Positions 9,347 through 18,443 of a stretch of 64,000 nt of DNA are shown piece after piece. The position numbers and the translations under genes were made by a program. This stretch comes from a virus. Position 1 is the first letter of the stretch. Every line of letters starts with the position of its first letter. The DNA lies in IMG/VR virus record IMGVR_UViG_3300025122_005608, positions 4,804-68,803 of that record. One strand, 5' to 3'. The notes under the pieces were generated by a model. The model made no database searches. It worked only from the letters and a program-made list of their open reading frames with translations, and was not told where the DNA came from.

Positions 9347-10159
9347 GTGGAAAAAAAACATAGATTAGTTGAATATTGTAAATGGAAGAACGGTGACCAA
9401 ATCGAAACCCAATTTGGTGTTTCGACAGCTGTGATTTTCTATGGCCAGCATGGGGAAGACCTTGAAGTATACATAGACTTTATCTCGAAAGATCTTGCCA
9501 CTTTTAAAAATGGGGGTACATATATAGAATTAGGAGCCTCAGATGGTGTAAAGTTTTCCAATACTAAATTTTTTGAAGAGGAACTAGGGTTTAAAGGAAT
9601 TTTAATAGAGCCAGTACCCGAAATGTTTGAAACCTTAAAAAGAACTCGTCCTAGCAACTGCTTATATAATTGCGTGGTTAGCCCGCAAAAAGACCCGGTA
9701 TCGTTTTTAGTCGGCGGCGGTATGGGAGGCCCATGGGTTTCGGGAGTGGAAGCTACGATGTCACCCGCTGCCCGGGCCCGAGCCTATGCGAATCCCGAAT
9801 CGGATATTGCAAATTCGATGTATGTTAGCAGATCTATTGATGTAGAAACTAAAAAATTATCTTCACTAATGAAAGAAAACGATATGCGTTATGTTGATTT
9901 GCTTTCTATTGATGTTGAGGGCGGCGAGTATGAGGTACTAAAAACTATTGATTGGAATATCCCCATTTATTTAATAGTGGTGGAATTAGATGGGCTTGAC
10001 CTGGATAAGGATCATCTTTGTCGGGAACTTTTAAAGAAAAATGGATATGCGTTTCATAAAACAGTTGGAGTTTCTGAAATTTGGTATGATAGCGAATACA
10101 TGCCCAAAAGGCAAAAAGCGTTTAACGATGTTTATACTCAAAAAAGAGGGGAAGAATAA
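9347..10159 (+). CDS. FkbM family SAM-dependent methyltransferase
   Basis: YGQHGED, YIELGASDG..SNT, GILIEP, LLSIDVEGGEYEVL. Confidence 0.9.
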   Translation: MEKKHRLVEYCKWKNGDQIETQFGVSTAVIFYGQHGEDLEVYIDFISKDLATFKNGGTYIELGASDGVKFSNTKFFEEELGFKGILIEPVPEMFETLKRTRPSNCLYNCVVSPQKDPVSFLVGGGMGGPWVSGVEATMSPAARARAYANPESDIANSMYVSRSIDVETKKLSSLMKENDMRYVDLLSIDVEGGEYEVLKTIDWNIPIYLIVVELDGLDLDKDHLCRELLKKNGYAFHKTVGVSEIWYDSEYMPKRQKAFNDVYTQKRGEE

Positions 10160-10160
10160 A

Positions 10161-10571
10161 ATGGAAAAAAGAAAATATTTACCTACTTTATCTGAACTAA
10201 TTGATCGCCTTTCAATCGCACAATTGAAGGAAGTATTTATAGCAGAACATAAAGAAGAATACGGGGAAGAAATTGTTGCAATTTTACATGACATTAGTTT
10301 AATTTTAGATGAGGAAAATATTCGATTAGATTCTGAAACCATAAGAGCGATTGTGGTTTTATCCCAGATGAATTTGCATATATGGCATAACGAATCCAAC
10401 TATCGTAAGGGCATCAAAGACGGCAATAATCTTGAACTCACCCATGGATTAAATGGTATAAGAAACACGGCAAAAAATAAAATTCAAGAGTTGGCTGGTG
10501 GGAGAAAAGATTATAAAATCGACTGCCTAGCAGCCGACTTTAAAGATTGGGAGATTAGTTGGGATGCATGA
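10161..10571 (+). CDS. Hypothetical helical protein (possibly DUF4254-like)
   Basis: ATG 10161 right after the FkbM stop; ELIDRLSI...N..IWH.E...N..RN..K.KI pattern. Confidence 0.6.
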   Translation: MEKRKYLPTLSELIDRLSIAQLKEVFIAEHKEEYGEEIVAILHDISLILDEENIRLDSETIRAIVVLSQMNLHIWHNESNYRKGIKDGNNLELTHGLNGIRNTAKNKIQELAGGRKDYKIDCLAADFKDWEISWDA

Positions 10572-11665
10572 TCGAAACTTGCGAATTCGATGTTGTCATA
10601 ATCGGCGCAGGGGTTATTGGGCTCGCGGTTGCAAGAGAATTATCTGAAGTTTATGAAAATGTTCTCTTGGTTGAAAAAGAAAAATCCTTTGGACAGCACA
10701 CCTCTAGTAGAAATAGCGAAATAATCCATTCTGGTATTTATTACCCAAAAAAAACTCTCAAAACAAAAATGTGTATTGAGGGTAATAAATTGATGTATCA
10801 ATTTCTAGAAAAATATAATATTCCCCATAAAAAATGTGGCAAATTGATAGTTGCAACAAACAGGAAGGAAGAGGAAGTACTGGAACAATTATATCAGCGT
10901 GGAATAGAAAACGGTGTAGAGGCGCTGACAATGCTAGATAAAAAAGGAATTAAAAAATTAGAACCAAATATTAAAGCTACAAAAGCAATTCATGTACCCA
11001 TTACCGGGATTGTTGACAGTCATTTAGTAATGCTTAATTTAAAGAGAATATCACAGCAAAATGGTGTTTTAAGTGTCTACAACACTGAAATAAGCGAAAT
11101 TAAGTTAAAAAACGACATTTATGAGTTGACAACCACCGGTGAGGATGTTATTATACAAACAAAGATAGTAGTAAATGCTGCTGGACTTTGGAGTGATAAA
11201 ATAGCAAAAATGGTAGGCATTGACAAGTACAAGATATATTGGTGCAAGGGCGAATACTATCAGACTAATAAATATAAAAACATGAACATGTTGATATATC
11301 CAACCCCAGATCCAAATGGCAAGTCTTTAGGTATACACACAGTTTTAGATTTGAATGGCAACTTGTCTTTTGGTCCAAATGCTTATTATGTAAACGAGGT
11401 AAAATATGGAATTGGAGAAGAAAACAGAGTTCAATTTCATGCCGCTATTAATTCTTATCTAGATCTGGATTTGTATGACTTATACCCAGCGCATGCTGGA
11501 ATTCGACCAAAATTACAAGAAAAAGATAGCCTATTTAAAGATTTTGTTATAAAAAATGAAGATGATTTAGGTTATAATAATTTTATTAATTTAATTGGCA
11601 TTGAATCGCCAGGTTTAACTGGCTGCTTGTCTATTGCTAAATATGTGAGGGAAATTATTAAATGA
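10568..11665 (+). CDS. FAD-dependent oxidoreductase, L-2-hydroxyglutarate oxidase (LhgO)-like
   Basis: IIGAGVIG, HTSSRNSEIIHSGIYY, CGKLIVA, NAAGLWSD, GIRPKL, GIESPGLT. Confidence 0.85.
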   Translation: MIETCEFDVVIIGAGVIGLAVARELSEVYENVLLVEKEKSFGQHTSSRNSEIIHSGIYYPKKTLKTKMCIEGNKLMYQFLEKYNIPHKKCGKLIVATNRKEEEVLEQLYQRGIENGVEALTMLDKKGIKKLEPNIKATKAIHVPITGIVDSHLVMLNLKRISQQNGVLSVYNTEISEIKLKNDIYELTTTGEDVIIQTKIVVNAAGLWSDKIAKMVGIDKYKIYWCKGEYYQTNKYKNMNMLIYPTPDPNGKSLGIHTVLDLNGNLSFGPNAYYVNEVKYGIGEENRVQFHAAINSYLDLDLYDLYPAHAGIRPKLQEKDSLFKDFVIKNEDDLGYNNFINLIGIESPGLTGCLSIAKYVREIIK

Positions 11666-12591
11666 ATATTTTAATTACCGGTGGAGCTGGGTATATTGGT
11701 AGCGAATTGGTTGGACACCTGTTAAAGGATGGACACAAAGTAACAGTTTATGATAATCTCATGTATGATGCTACTTCGCTTTTACGGTACACTCCTGATC
11801 CTAATTTTCATTTCGTCAAAGCAGACGTTAGAAACTTATCTCTTTTGGAGCGCTACACAACACAGGCAGATGTTATTATCCCCCTAGCCGCTCTTGTGGG
11901 ATTTCCGTTGTGTGACAGGGACGTGAGAGGAGCGCACGAAATTAATCACGAGGTTAATGCGTGGATTGCTAAAACAAAATCTAATGATCAAAGAATCATT
12001 TACCCATGCACTAACTCAGGTTATGGTACGAGCGTTGATGGCTCTGTGTGCACGGAAGAATCCCCCCTCAACCCTGTATCTCTTTATGGAAAAACAAAAG
12101 TTGCAGGCGAAAACGAATATAAAAATGTAGAAAATCATGTCACTTTTCGTTTGGCTACTGTCTTTGGCCCCGCCTCTAGAATGAGGACCGATTTATTGGT
12201 CAATAACTTTGTTCTTAAGACACTTAGAGAGAAAATTTTAGTGCTCTACGAGTGCGAATTCATGCGCAACTATGTACACATCCAGGACGTGTGTCATGCC
12301 TTCATGTTTGTTATCGATAATTGGGAAAGATGCAAAAACGAAACCTATAATGTTGGGAATGATGAATTAAATATGAACAAACTCCAGCTAGCCCAAAAAA
12401 TTCAGAATCATTTACCACTGGAGATTATGAGAGCAGAATTTACTTCTGATCCTGATACCCGAGATTATATTGTAAGCAGTCAAAAATTTTATGATACTGG
12501 GTTCGCGTGTAAATATGATTTAGATGATGGTATTGAACAACTTATTAAAGCATACAGTATCATTGAATCTCCATGGTATGCCAACTATTAG
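11662..12591 (+). CDS. NAD-dependent sugar epimerase/dehydratase
   Basis: ITGGAGYIG, YGKTK (YxxxK), RLATVFG. Confidence 0.9.
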   Translation: MNILITGGAGYIGSELVGHLLKDGHKVTVYDNLMYDATSLLRYTPDPNFHFVKADVRNLSLLERYTTQADVIIPLAALVGFPLCDRDVRGAHEINHEVNAWIAKTKSNDQRIIYPCTNSGYGTSVDGSVCTEESPLNPVSLYGKTKVAGENEYKNVENHVTFRLATVFGPASRMRTDLLVNNFVLKTLREKILVLYECEFMRNYVHIQDVCHAFMFVIDNWERCKNETYNVGNDELNMNKLQLAQKIQNHLPLEIMRAEFTSDPDTRDYIVSSQKFYDTGFACKYDLDDGIEQLIKAYSIIESPWYANY

Positions 12592-12610
12592 ACAGAGGTA
12601 GAATATAAAA

Positions 12611-14140
12611 ATGGATGTTTTGTTTATCAGCCCGGGCAATTCAGTCGGCATGTATCAAGAATTAGCTAAAAATTATTCTGCCATTGAACCCCCAACATGG
12701 TCACTTTTGTTGGCGCAATCTTGTAGATCGGTCGGTTTTAAAGTTGGGATACTTGACGTTACAGCTGAAAGTCTTACAAACGAAGAGGCGCTGGCTCGGG
12801 TTGAAGATTTAAATCCGCGTCTTGTTTGTTTTGTGGTATATGGACAAAATGTTAATGCTGGCACTTCAAATATGGCTGGGGCAGTAGCCTTATCGAGCTA
12901 TTTTAAATCATCGGGTCTGTGCGCTCCTATTTGTTATGTGGGCTCATATATACAGGCTGTTCCATCGACAGCATTGAACAAAGAATCTTCTATTGATTTT
13001 GGCTTCACGAATGAAGGCGTCTACGCTTTAAGAAATGTTTTATCAGAATCTAAAATTGATATCAACAACATGGGACACATCAAAGGAGTCGTGTGGAGGA
13101 AGAATGGCATTCCTAAAATTAATCCTCCCGAACGTGTAGTCCCCGGCGACAGAATGGACATAGATTTACCAGGATACGCATGGGATTTGCTCCCTTGTGA
13201 CCAAAAACCTTTAGATCTATATAGGGCTCCTATGTGGCATGCTGAGTATGATGAGAGTAAGCGCTCTCCTTATGCGGCCATTCAAACTTCGTTGGGGTGT
13301 CAATTTCAATGTGAATTTTGTATGATCAACATTCTTAATAGAGATGATGATGAGGAGGTGGGGGTTGCTGGTAATTATAATTTGATGCGCTATTGGTCAC
13401 CAGAGTTCATCATTAAAGAGTTTGACAAATTGGTAGAAATGGGTGTTGAAACTATCAAAATTACCGATGAAATGTTTTTACTTAATCGAAAATATTATGT
13501 CCCACTATGTGAAATGCTCCGGGATAGAGGATACGGCAAACGCTTGCGGATGTGGGCATATTCCAGAGTTGATACGGTTCGCAGACCTGAACTTTTAAAA
13601 TTAGTGCGAGATGCGGGCATTAAGTGGTTAGCTTTAGGAATTGAGAGTTCCAGTCGGGATGTTCGACTGGAGATTTCTAAAGGTAAATTCAAGGATGTAG
13701 ATATTAAGAAAGTTATTGATTATGTGCACGATGCCGGTATTGAGGTGATGGCAAATTATATCTTTGGACTTCCAGGTGACACTCGGGAAAGTATGCAACA
13801 AACATTAGATTTAAGTAAAGAGTTGTGTACTTTTGGATGGAATGCTTATGCCGCCATGGCACTTCCGGGAAGTCAGCTATATAAGGACGCTCTAGAAAAA
13901 GGTATCGAATTACCACAAACTTATGAAGGCTTTTCTTGGCATGGATATGATACTTATCCGCTTCCAACAGAGACCTTAACATCGGCGGAAATCTTAGATT
14001 TCAGGGACAAGGCATATATTGAATATCACTCTTATCCTCCATTTCTAGAAAAAGTAAAAGACAAGGGTGGTATCGAAGCCATAGAAAATATTAAAGAGAT
14101 GAACAAAATTAGGCTTAAAAGAAAAATTTTAGGAGACTAG
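12611..14140 (+). CDS. Cobalamin-binding radical SAM protein
   Basis: N-terminal B12-binding-type domain; GCQFQCEFC; LGIES; YIFGLPGDT. Confidence 0.9.
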   Translation: MDVLFISPGNSVGMYQELAKNYSAIEPPTWSLLLAQSCRSVGFKVGILDVTAESLTNEEALARVEDLNPRLVCFVVYGQNVNAGTSNMAGAVALSSYFKSSGLCAPICYVGSYIQAVPSTALNKESSIDFGFTNEGVYALRNVLSESKIDINNMGHIKGVVWRKNGIPKINPPERVVPGDRMDIDLPGYAWDLLPCDQKPLDLYRAPMWHAEYDESKRSPYAAIQTSLGCQFQCEFCMINILNRDDDEEVGVAGNYNLMRYWSPEFIIKEFDKLVEMGVETIKITDEMFLLNRKYYVPLCEMLRDRGYGKRLRMWAYSRVDTVRRPELLKLVRDAGIKWLALGIESSSRDVRLEISKGKFKDVDIKKVIDYVHDAGIEVMANYIFGLPGDTRESMQQTLDLSKELCTFGWNAYAAMALPGSQLYKDALEKGIELPQTYEGFSWHGYDTYPLPTETLTSAEILDFRDKAYIEYHSYPPFLEKVKDKGGIEAIENIKEMNKIRLKRKILGD

Positions 14141-14141
14141 G

Positions 14142-14753
14142 GTGTATACAAAAGAAGAATTAATCGAATTTGAGAACGAAATGGCTCAATGTTTTAACTC
14201 TGCCATGATTAAGGCCCCGGTTCACCTCTATGACGATAACGAAGAGCAAATAATTGAAATATTTAAAAAGCACAATATTGGAAAAGAAGATTGGGTTATG
14301 GGGTCGTGGAGAAGTCATTATCAATGCCTGCTTAAAGGGGTGCCCCGCGAGGAGCTTAAGACGGCAATTTTAGAAGGTCGGTCTATTTCTTTATGTTTCA
14401 AAAAACATAAAGTTTTTTGTTCTGGTATTGTTACCGGAGTCTTACCAATTGCTGTTGGAGTTGCATTAGATATTAAACGCAAAGGGGGAACAAACAAGGT
14501 ATATTGCTTTATGGGAGAGATGACATCCGAAACTGGGATGGCTCATGAGTGCATAAAATATTCGCGCAATCATGAACTCCCGATTCATTTCATTATTGAA
14601 GATAATGGCAAATCGGTATGTACGAATACAAGGGCCACCTGGAAGCAAGAAATCCTTACTTATGAAGATCTGAGTGATGATTATATTACTTACTACAAGT
14701 ACAAACTTGATAAATATCCCCATGCTGGGGCGGGAATAAGGGTGCAATTTTAA
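14142..14753 (+). CDS. TPP-dependent enzyme, E1-alpha/transketolase N-terminal-like subunit (short)
   Basis: PVHL, WRSHY, MGEM...EDN TPP-binding motif variant, YPHAG. Confidence 0.85.
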   Translation: MYTKEELIEFENEMAQCFNSAMIKAPVHLYDDNEEQIIEIFKKHNIGKEDWVMGSWRSHYQCLLKGVPREELKTAILEGRSISLCFKKHKVFCSGIVTGVLPIAVGVALDIKRKGGTNKVYCFMGEMTSETGMAHECIKYSRNHELPIHFIIEDNGKSVCTNTRATWKQEILTYEDLSDDYITYYKYKLDKYPHAGAGIRVQF

Positions 14754-15743
14754 GTGAAGCGCTTGTTCGATGAATTAACGAAGAAATATTCTTATGATTC
14801 TATATCTCCCCGCGACTCATGGGATAAAGTGGATATATTAATTCATATGCATTCTGAAATAGAAAGTACATATATAGGTTTGCAGTTAATAAGAACACAA
14901 GGTATAGAGGCGCAAGTGTATCTGTATATAAGCGACCCATCTATGAAAAACCATCCCTACATTCCCCTGTTTGAAGAACTTGGGTGTTGCATCAAGTTCC
15001 ACCCAGAAAACTGCCCCATCGTGCGTTTTGGCCCTGGCAAACCTCCTCTTCCAACTGTACACAAACAGGAGAGAGCGAAATTTCTTGATGCCGCACGCTC
15101 GGCTTGTCATCATACATTTGTGGAATTGCTCAAGTGGTATATAGAAAGGGATATAGGCAATTGGGATCGCTACGCTCTTATCACCTTTGGCGATCATTGG
15201 ATTTTGGAAGCAGGGAAGTTTAAAGAGTTTTGTGAATCTACAATTACAGGCGCCTATGACGGGTTTACTTTTTTAACGTACTGTAGCCCCAACCCACCCT
15301 TCACAAAGGGGGGAACACTCTACAGCACTTCGTTTTTTATGCTAAAAGGCTTCTATTTAAATCGCTTAATCGAACATCGACAAAGAATGCTCCCCCACAA
15401 TTGCGGATGGGAGATTATATTTAAAGATCTTTATAAAGATTTAAGGTGGCTCGTACCTTATTCTGGAAACAGGGAAAATGGATCCGTTTGCCCTGTTTCT
15501 GGACACAACGGTACTTCGCCGCAGTACTGGGACCAATATAATTATAAATCGTGGCTTGGCGTCGGACACTTTCATCTTTACCCGCAAAAAGAACATTACT
15601 TGCGATTATTGGAAGAAAAATATAAAATACAAGTTGTGTATGATAAAGATAAATTACACGATGAGTGCAATAAAGTTTTTTGGGGAATCGGCCAACACCA
15701 TATGGGGAGTTTGGAAGAAGAGATCGGAGGCCAGGTGGCATGA
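14754..15743 (+). CDS. Hypothetical protein, possibly a divergent GT-A glycosyltransferase
   Basis: 329-aa ORF abutting the previous stop; LITFGDHW, STSFFM and GWEIIF weakly recall GT-A motifs. Confidence 0.6.
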   Translation: MKRLFDELTKKYSYDSISPRDSWDKVDILIHMHSEIESTYIGLQLIRTQGIEAQVYLYISDPSMKNHPYIPLFEELGCCIKFHPENCPIVRFGPGKPPLPTVHKQERAKFLDAARSACHHTFVELLKWYIERDIGNWDRYALITFGDHWILEAGKFKEFCESTITGAYDGFTFLTYCSPNPPFTKGGTLYSTSFFMLKGFYLNRLIEHRQRMLPHNCGWEIIFKDLYKDLRWLVPYSGNRENGSVCPVSGHNGTSPQYWDQYNYKSWLGVGHFHLYPQKEHYLRLLEEKYKIQVVYDKDKLHDECNKVFWGIGQHHMGSLEEEIGGQVA

Positions 15744-15829
15744 CCTCCGACCATTACGGCAATACACCCATTCGCCCCGGGCCAGCACCACAGAACGAGC
15801 CAAAAGAGGGCGAACGCATACGCATGTGA
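15740..15829 (+). CDS. Small 29-aa Pro-rich peptide MTSDHYGNTPIRPGPAPQNEPKEGERIRM
   Basis: GGAGG RBS at 15726-15730, ATGA overlap with the upstream stop, fills the gap; too short for the ORF track. Confidence 0.4.
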   Translation: MTSDHYGNTPIRPGPAPQNEPKEGERIRM

Positions 15830-15852
15830 CACAAACTTTAAAGGAGATTAGT

Positions 15853-16164
15853 ATGGTAGAAAAAACAAATGAAACTAAATCGCGGGGTCAAGAGGCAAAG
15901 TTAATCGCGATGGAAGAAGATATTAGAAAAAAATGTAGCGAACTTGACCAAAGAGAGAAGGAACTTGACCAAAGAGAGAAGGAAATGGTCGCAAGAGCGG
16001 GGTATATGGAGGGCTCATCGGAGGCGATGCAATGTATGAGTGCAATTCATAAAGCTTATATCATGTTCGTGGCCACCAAAAAACCTGCTGGAACGGACGA
16101 GGGGTTTCTAGAAATGGTCACGAATTTTAGAAGCGCTATGGAACAGATGGGGAACAGGACCTAA
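15853..16164 (+). CDS. Hypothetical coiled-coil protein
   Basis: AAGGAG RBS before ATG 15853; contains duplicated heptad ELDQREK. Confidence 0.7.
   Translation: MVEKTNETKSRGQEAKLIAMEEDIRKKCSELDQREKELDQREKEMVARAGYMEGSSEAMQCMSAIHKAYIMFVATKKPAGTDEGFLEMVTNFRSAMEQMGNRT
15940..15984 (+). repeat. In-frame 21-bp tandem duplication
   Basis: GAACTTGACCAAAGAGAGAAG twice, plus GAA. Confidence 0.95.
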
Positions 16165-16701
16165 ATGAGATATTTTGACGAATTGGAAAGGTCTATGGAA
16201 TATCTGGGCCAACGTTCAGATACGATGTTTTTAGGACAAGCGGTTGAGTACAAGGGAACCGCCATGACTAATACATTAAAGAATGTCCCTAAAGAAAAAT
16301 TATTAGAGATGCCGGTAGATGAAGAACTGCAAATGGGCATTACTAACGGACTAGCAATTAACGGGACAATCCCAATCAGTATATATCCTAGGTGGAATTT
16401 TTTACTTTTAACTATGAACCAGTTGATCAATCATTTGGATAAAATGCCTGTTTTTTCCCATGGGGAATATTGCCCAAAGGTTATTATAAGAACTAGTGTC
16501 GGGTCACAAAGGCCACTTCACCCGCAAGCCCAACATGTGGGGGACTATACCGATGGGATGCGGTTGATGTTGAACAATATTGAAATTATACGCCTTGATG
16601 AACCGGAGGATATATTCCCAGCTTATTATAAAGCTTACAATAGAACAGATGGTAAAAGCACCTTGTTGGTAGAGTGGGGAGATTACTATAGTGAAAAATA
16701 A
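16165..16701 (+). CDS. TPP-dependent enzyme, E1-beta/transketolase pyrimidine-binding subunit (short)
   Basis: FLGQ, LEMPVDEELQMG...GLA, NQLIN, HPQAQH. Confidence 0.85.
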   Translation: MRYFDELERSMEYLGQRSDTMFLGQAVEYKGTAMTNTLKNVPKEKLLEMPVDEELQMGITNGLAINGTIPISIYPRWNFLLLTMNQLINHLDKMPVFSHGEYCPKVIIRTSVGSQRPLHPQAQHVGDYTDGMRLMLNNIEIIRLDEPEDIFPAYYKAYNRTDGKSTLLVEWGDYYSEK

Positions 16702-17704
16702 GAGCACCTTTAGAACGATTTGTTACCAGAAGGGGATCGTCACTCTTCTAGATCAGACAAAATTACCTGTAGAAGAAGTTTATGTTGACTTAAAGACGGT
16801 AGAGGATGTGGCACAAGCTATAGAAACTATGGTTATACGTGGCGCCCCCGCGATTGGGTTGGCAGCTGCATACGGCATGGCTTTGGCAGCTTATCGCGGT
16901 GAAAATTTAGAGGAGGCTCATAAGCGATTATCGTGCACACGCCCCACCGCAGTTAATTTGTTTTGGGCACTTAACCGAATGAAGTCGGTCTGGTCTCAAG
17001 ATACAACACTTTCTCGGATTCAAGAAGAGGCCCATAACATCTATGAAGAAGATGTAGAATCGTGTCGCAAAATAGGAGAATTTGGCGCGGAGTTTATTGA
17101 AGATGGAGCAACAATTCTGACACACTGCAACGCGGGAGCCCTGGCTACTTCTGAACACGGCACAGCGCTTTCAGTTATTCGTGCCGCCCATAACCAGGGC
17201 AAAAAAATTAAAGTGTATGCGGATGAGACTAGGCCGGTTTTGCAAGGCGCGAGGCTGACAGCGTGGGAGTTAATGAAAGATAATATTGATGTTACTTTGA
17301 TACCAGATGGCGCTGTCGCCCATCTTCTGGGTCAAGATAGAATCAACTGTGCTGTCGTGGGCGCAGACAGAATTACGGCAAATGGGGATGTCGCAAATAA
17401 AATTGGTACTCGGGGAGTCGCCGCGTTAATGCACAGTCATAAGCGCCCCTTGTATGTTGCAGCCCCGTGGTCAACGATTGATATGAGTCTGGGGAACGGA
17501 TCAATGATCCCAATTGAGGAGAGGGAACGTACTGAGGTCACCCATATCGGAGGCGTACAGGTGGCCCCTTCGGACGTGAAAATATATAATCCTGCTTTTG
17601 ATGTAACGCCAGTTAAATGGGTTTCTGGAATAATAACTGAACTTGGCGCAATTGATAAGGATATCGAGCGCGGACTCGCTCGGCAGATGTTGGGGAGGAG
17701 ATAA
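16691..17704 (+). CDS. mtnA: S-methyl-5-thioribose-1-phosphate isomerase
   Basis: LDQTKLP, IRGAPAIG, RPTAVNL, LTHCNAGALAT, ETRPVLQGARLTAWEL, GADRI, NKIGT, NPAFDVTP. Confidence 0.93.
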   Translation: MKNKSTFRTICYQKGIVTLLDQTKLPVEEVYVDLKTVEDVAQAIETMVIRGAPAIGLAAAYGMALAAYRGENLEEAHKRLSCTRPTAVNLFWALNRMKSVWSQDTTLSRIQEEAHNIYEEDVESCRKIGEFGAEFIEDGATILTHCNAGALATSEHGTALSVIRAAHNQGKKIKVYADETRPVLQGARLTAWELMKDNIDVTLIPDGAVAHLLGQDRINCAVVGADRITANGDVANKIGTRGVAALMHSHKRPLYVAAPWSTIDMSLGNGSMIPIEERERTEVTHIGGVQVAPSDVKIYNPAFDVTPVKWVSGIITELGAIDKDIERGLARQMLGRR

Positions 17705-17708
17705 CGTA

Positions 17709-18443
17709 ATGAAAAATTCTTTTTTAATTGCTACCAATAGAAATTATGAAACTCACGCCAAAAAAGTCGTTGATCAACTGGCATCTTTTGGAGCCTTGGA
17801 AGACGGAGAAATAGTAGTTTGTTGTCCGTTCGAAATAGATGATGAGAGGATTAAATATGTTAAAGATGAAAAACAACTAAATGGAAATACCGCTTTTAAT
17901 GACGCTGCTCGCCATTCATCTGGTGATATAATTTATATTTTATGTGATGACCACTATGTTTCTCCACACATAACTAAAGGAGGGGAATATTTAAATTCTT
18001 TGACATTTCGCAACAGAAAAATGAAAATAGCTTCAATGTCGTCGGATGCTCCATGTTATATCGGGCCAATCCCTAATTTTCCCGAAACCGACTTTATACC
18101 TTCTAATGTAATGTGTAGATTTCCTTTTTTTACACGAGAGACGTATACCAAGTACTTAAATGGGTATGTCTTTCACCCGCGATTTAATATCTGTTCTCAC
18201 TTTGCGGATAACTATTTGAGCTATTTTTTGGTACTTAATGGGGAACTACCAATTGAATGTGATTACATTTCTTTAAAACAAATGCAGAATACCGACCAAA
18301 TTGAAGATGGTTCTGTTGAGCCTTATGGGGGCCCCGAGCAGAAGTATCCGCCCGGGTATCTCGAATCTTTGAAGATTTATGTTGACTTGTGTAAAAATTT
18401 AACAAAAGGCGCTCCACATGTTTCTGGAGAAGGTGAGTTATGA
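17709..18443 (+). CDS. Putative GT-A (GT2-like) glycosyltransferase
   Basis: AFNDAARHSSGDIIYILCDD and HFADNY; paralogous to 22830-23534. Confidence 0.65.
   Translation: MKNSFLIATNRNYETHAKKVVDQLASFGALEDGEIVVCCPFEIDDERIKYVKDEKQLNGNTAFNDAARHSSGDIIYILCDDHYVSPHITKGGEYLNSLTFRNRKMKIASMSSDAPCYIGPIPNFPETDFIPSNVMCRFPFFTRETYTKYLNGYVFHPRFNICSHFADNYLSYFLVLNGELPIECDYISLKQMQNTDQIEDGSVEPYGGPEQKYPPGYLESLKIYVDLCKNLTKGAPHVSGEGEL

Noticed and set aside
15478-15852. N-terminal extension of the ORF ending at 16164
   Set aside because: Overlaps the 14754 gene out of frame; AAGGAG supports ATG 15853
14142-16701. Pyruvate dehydrogenase as a central-metabolism AMG
   Set aside because: Subunits are much shorter than PDH E1, no E2/E3 in the window, and they are embedded in sugar genes
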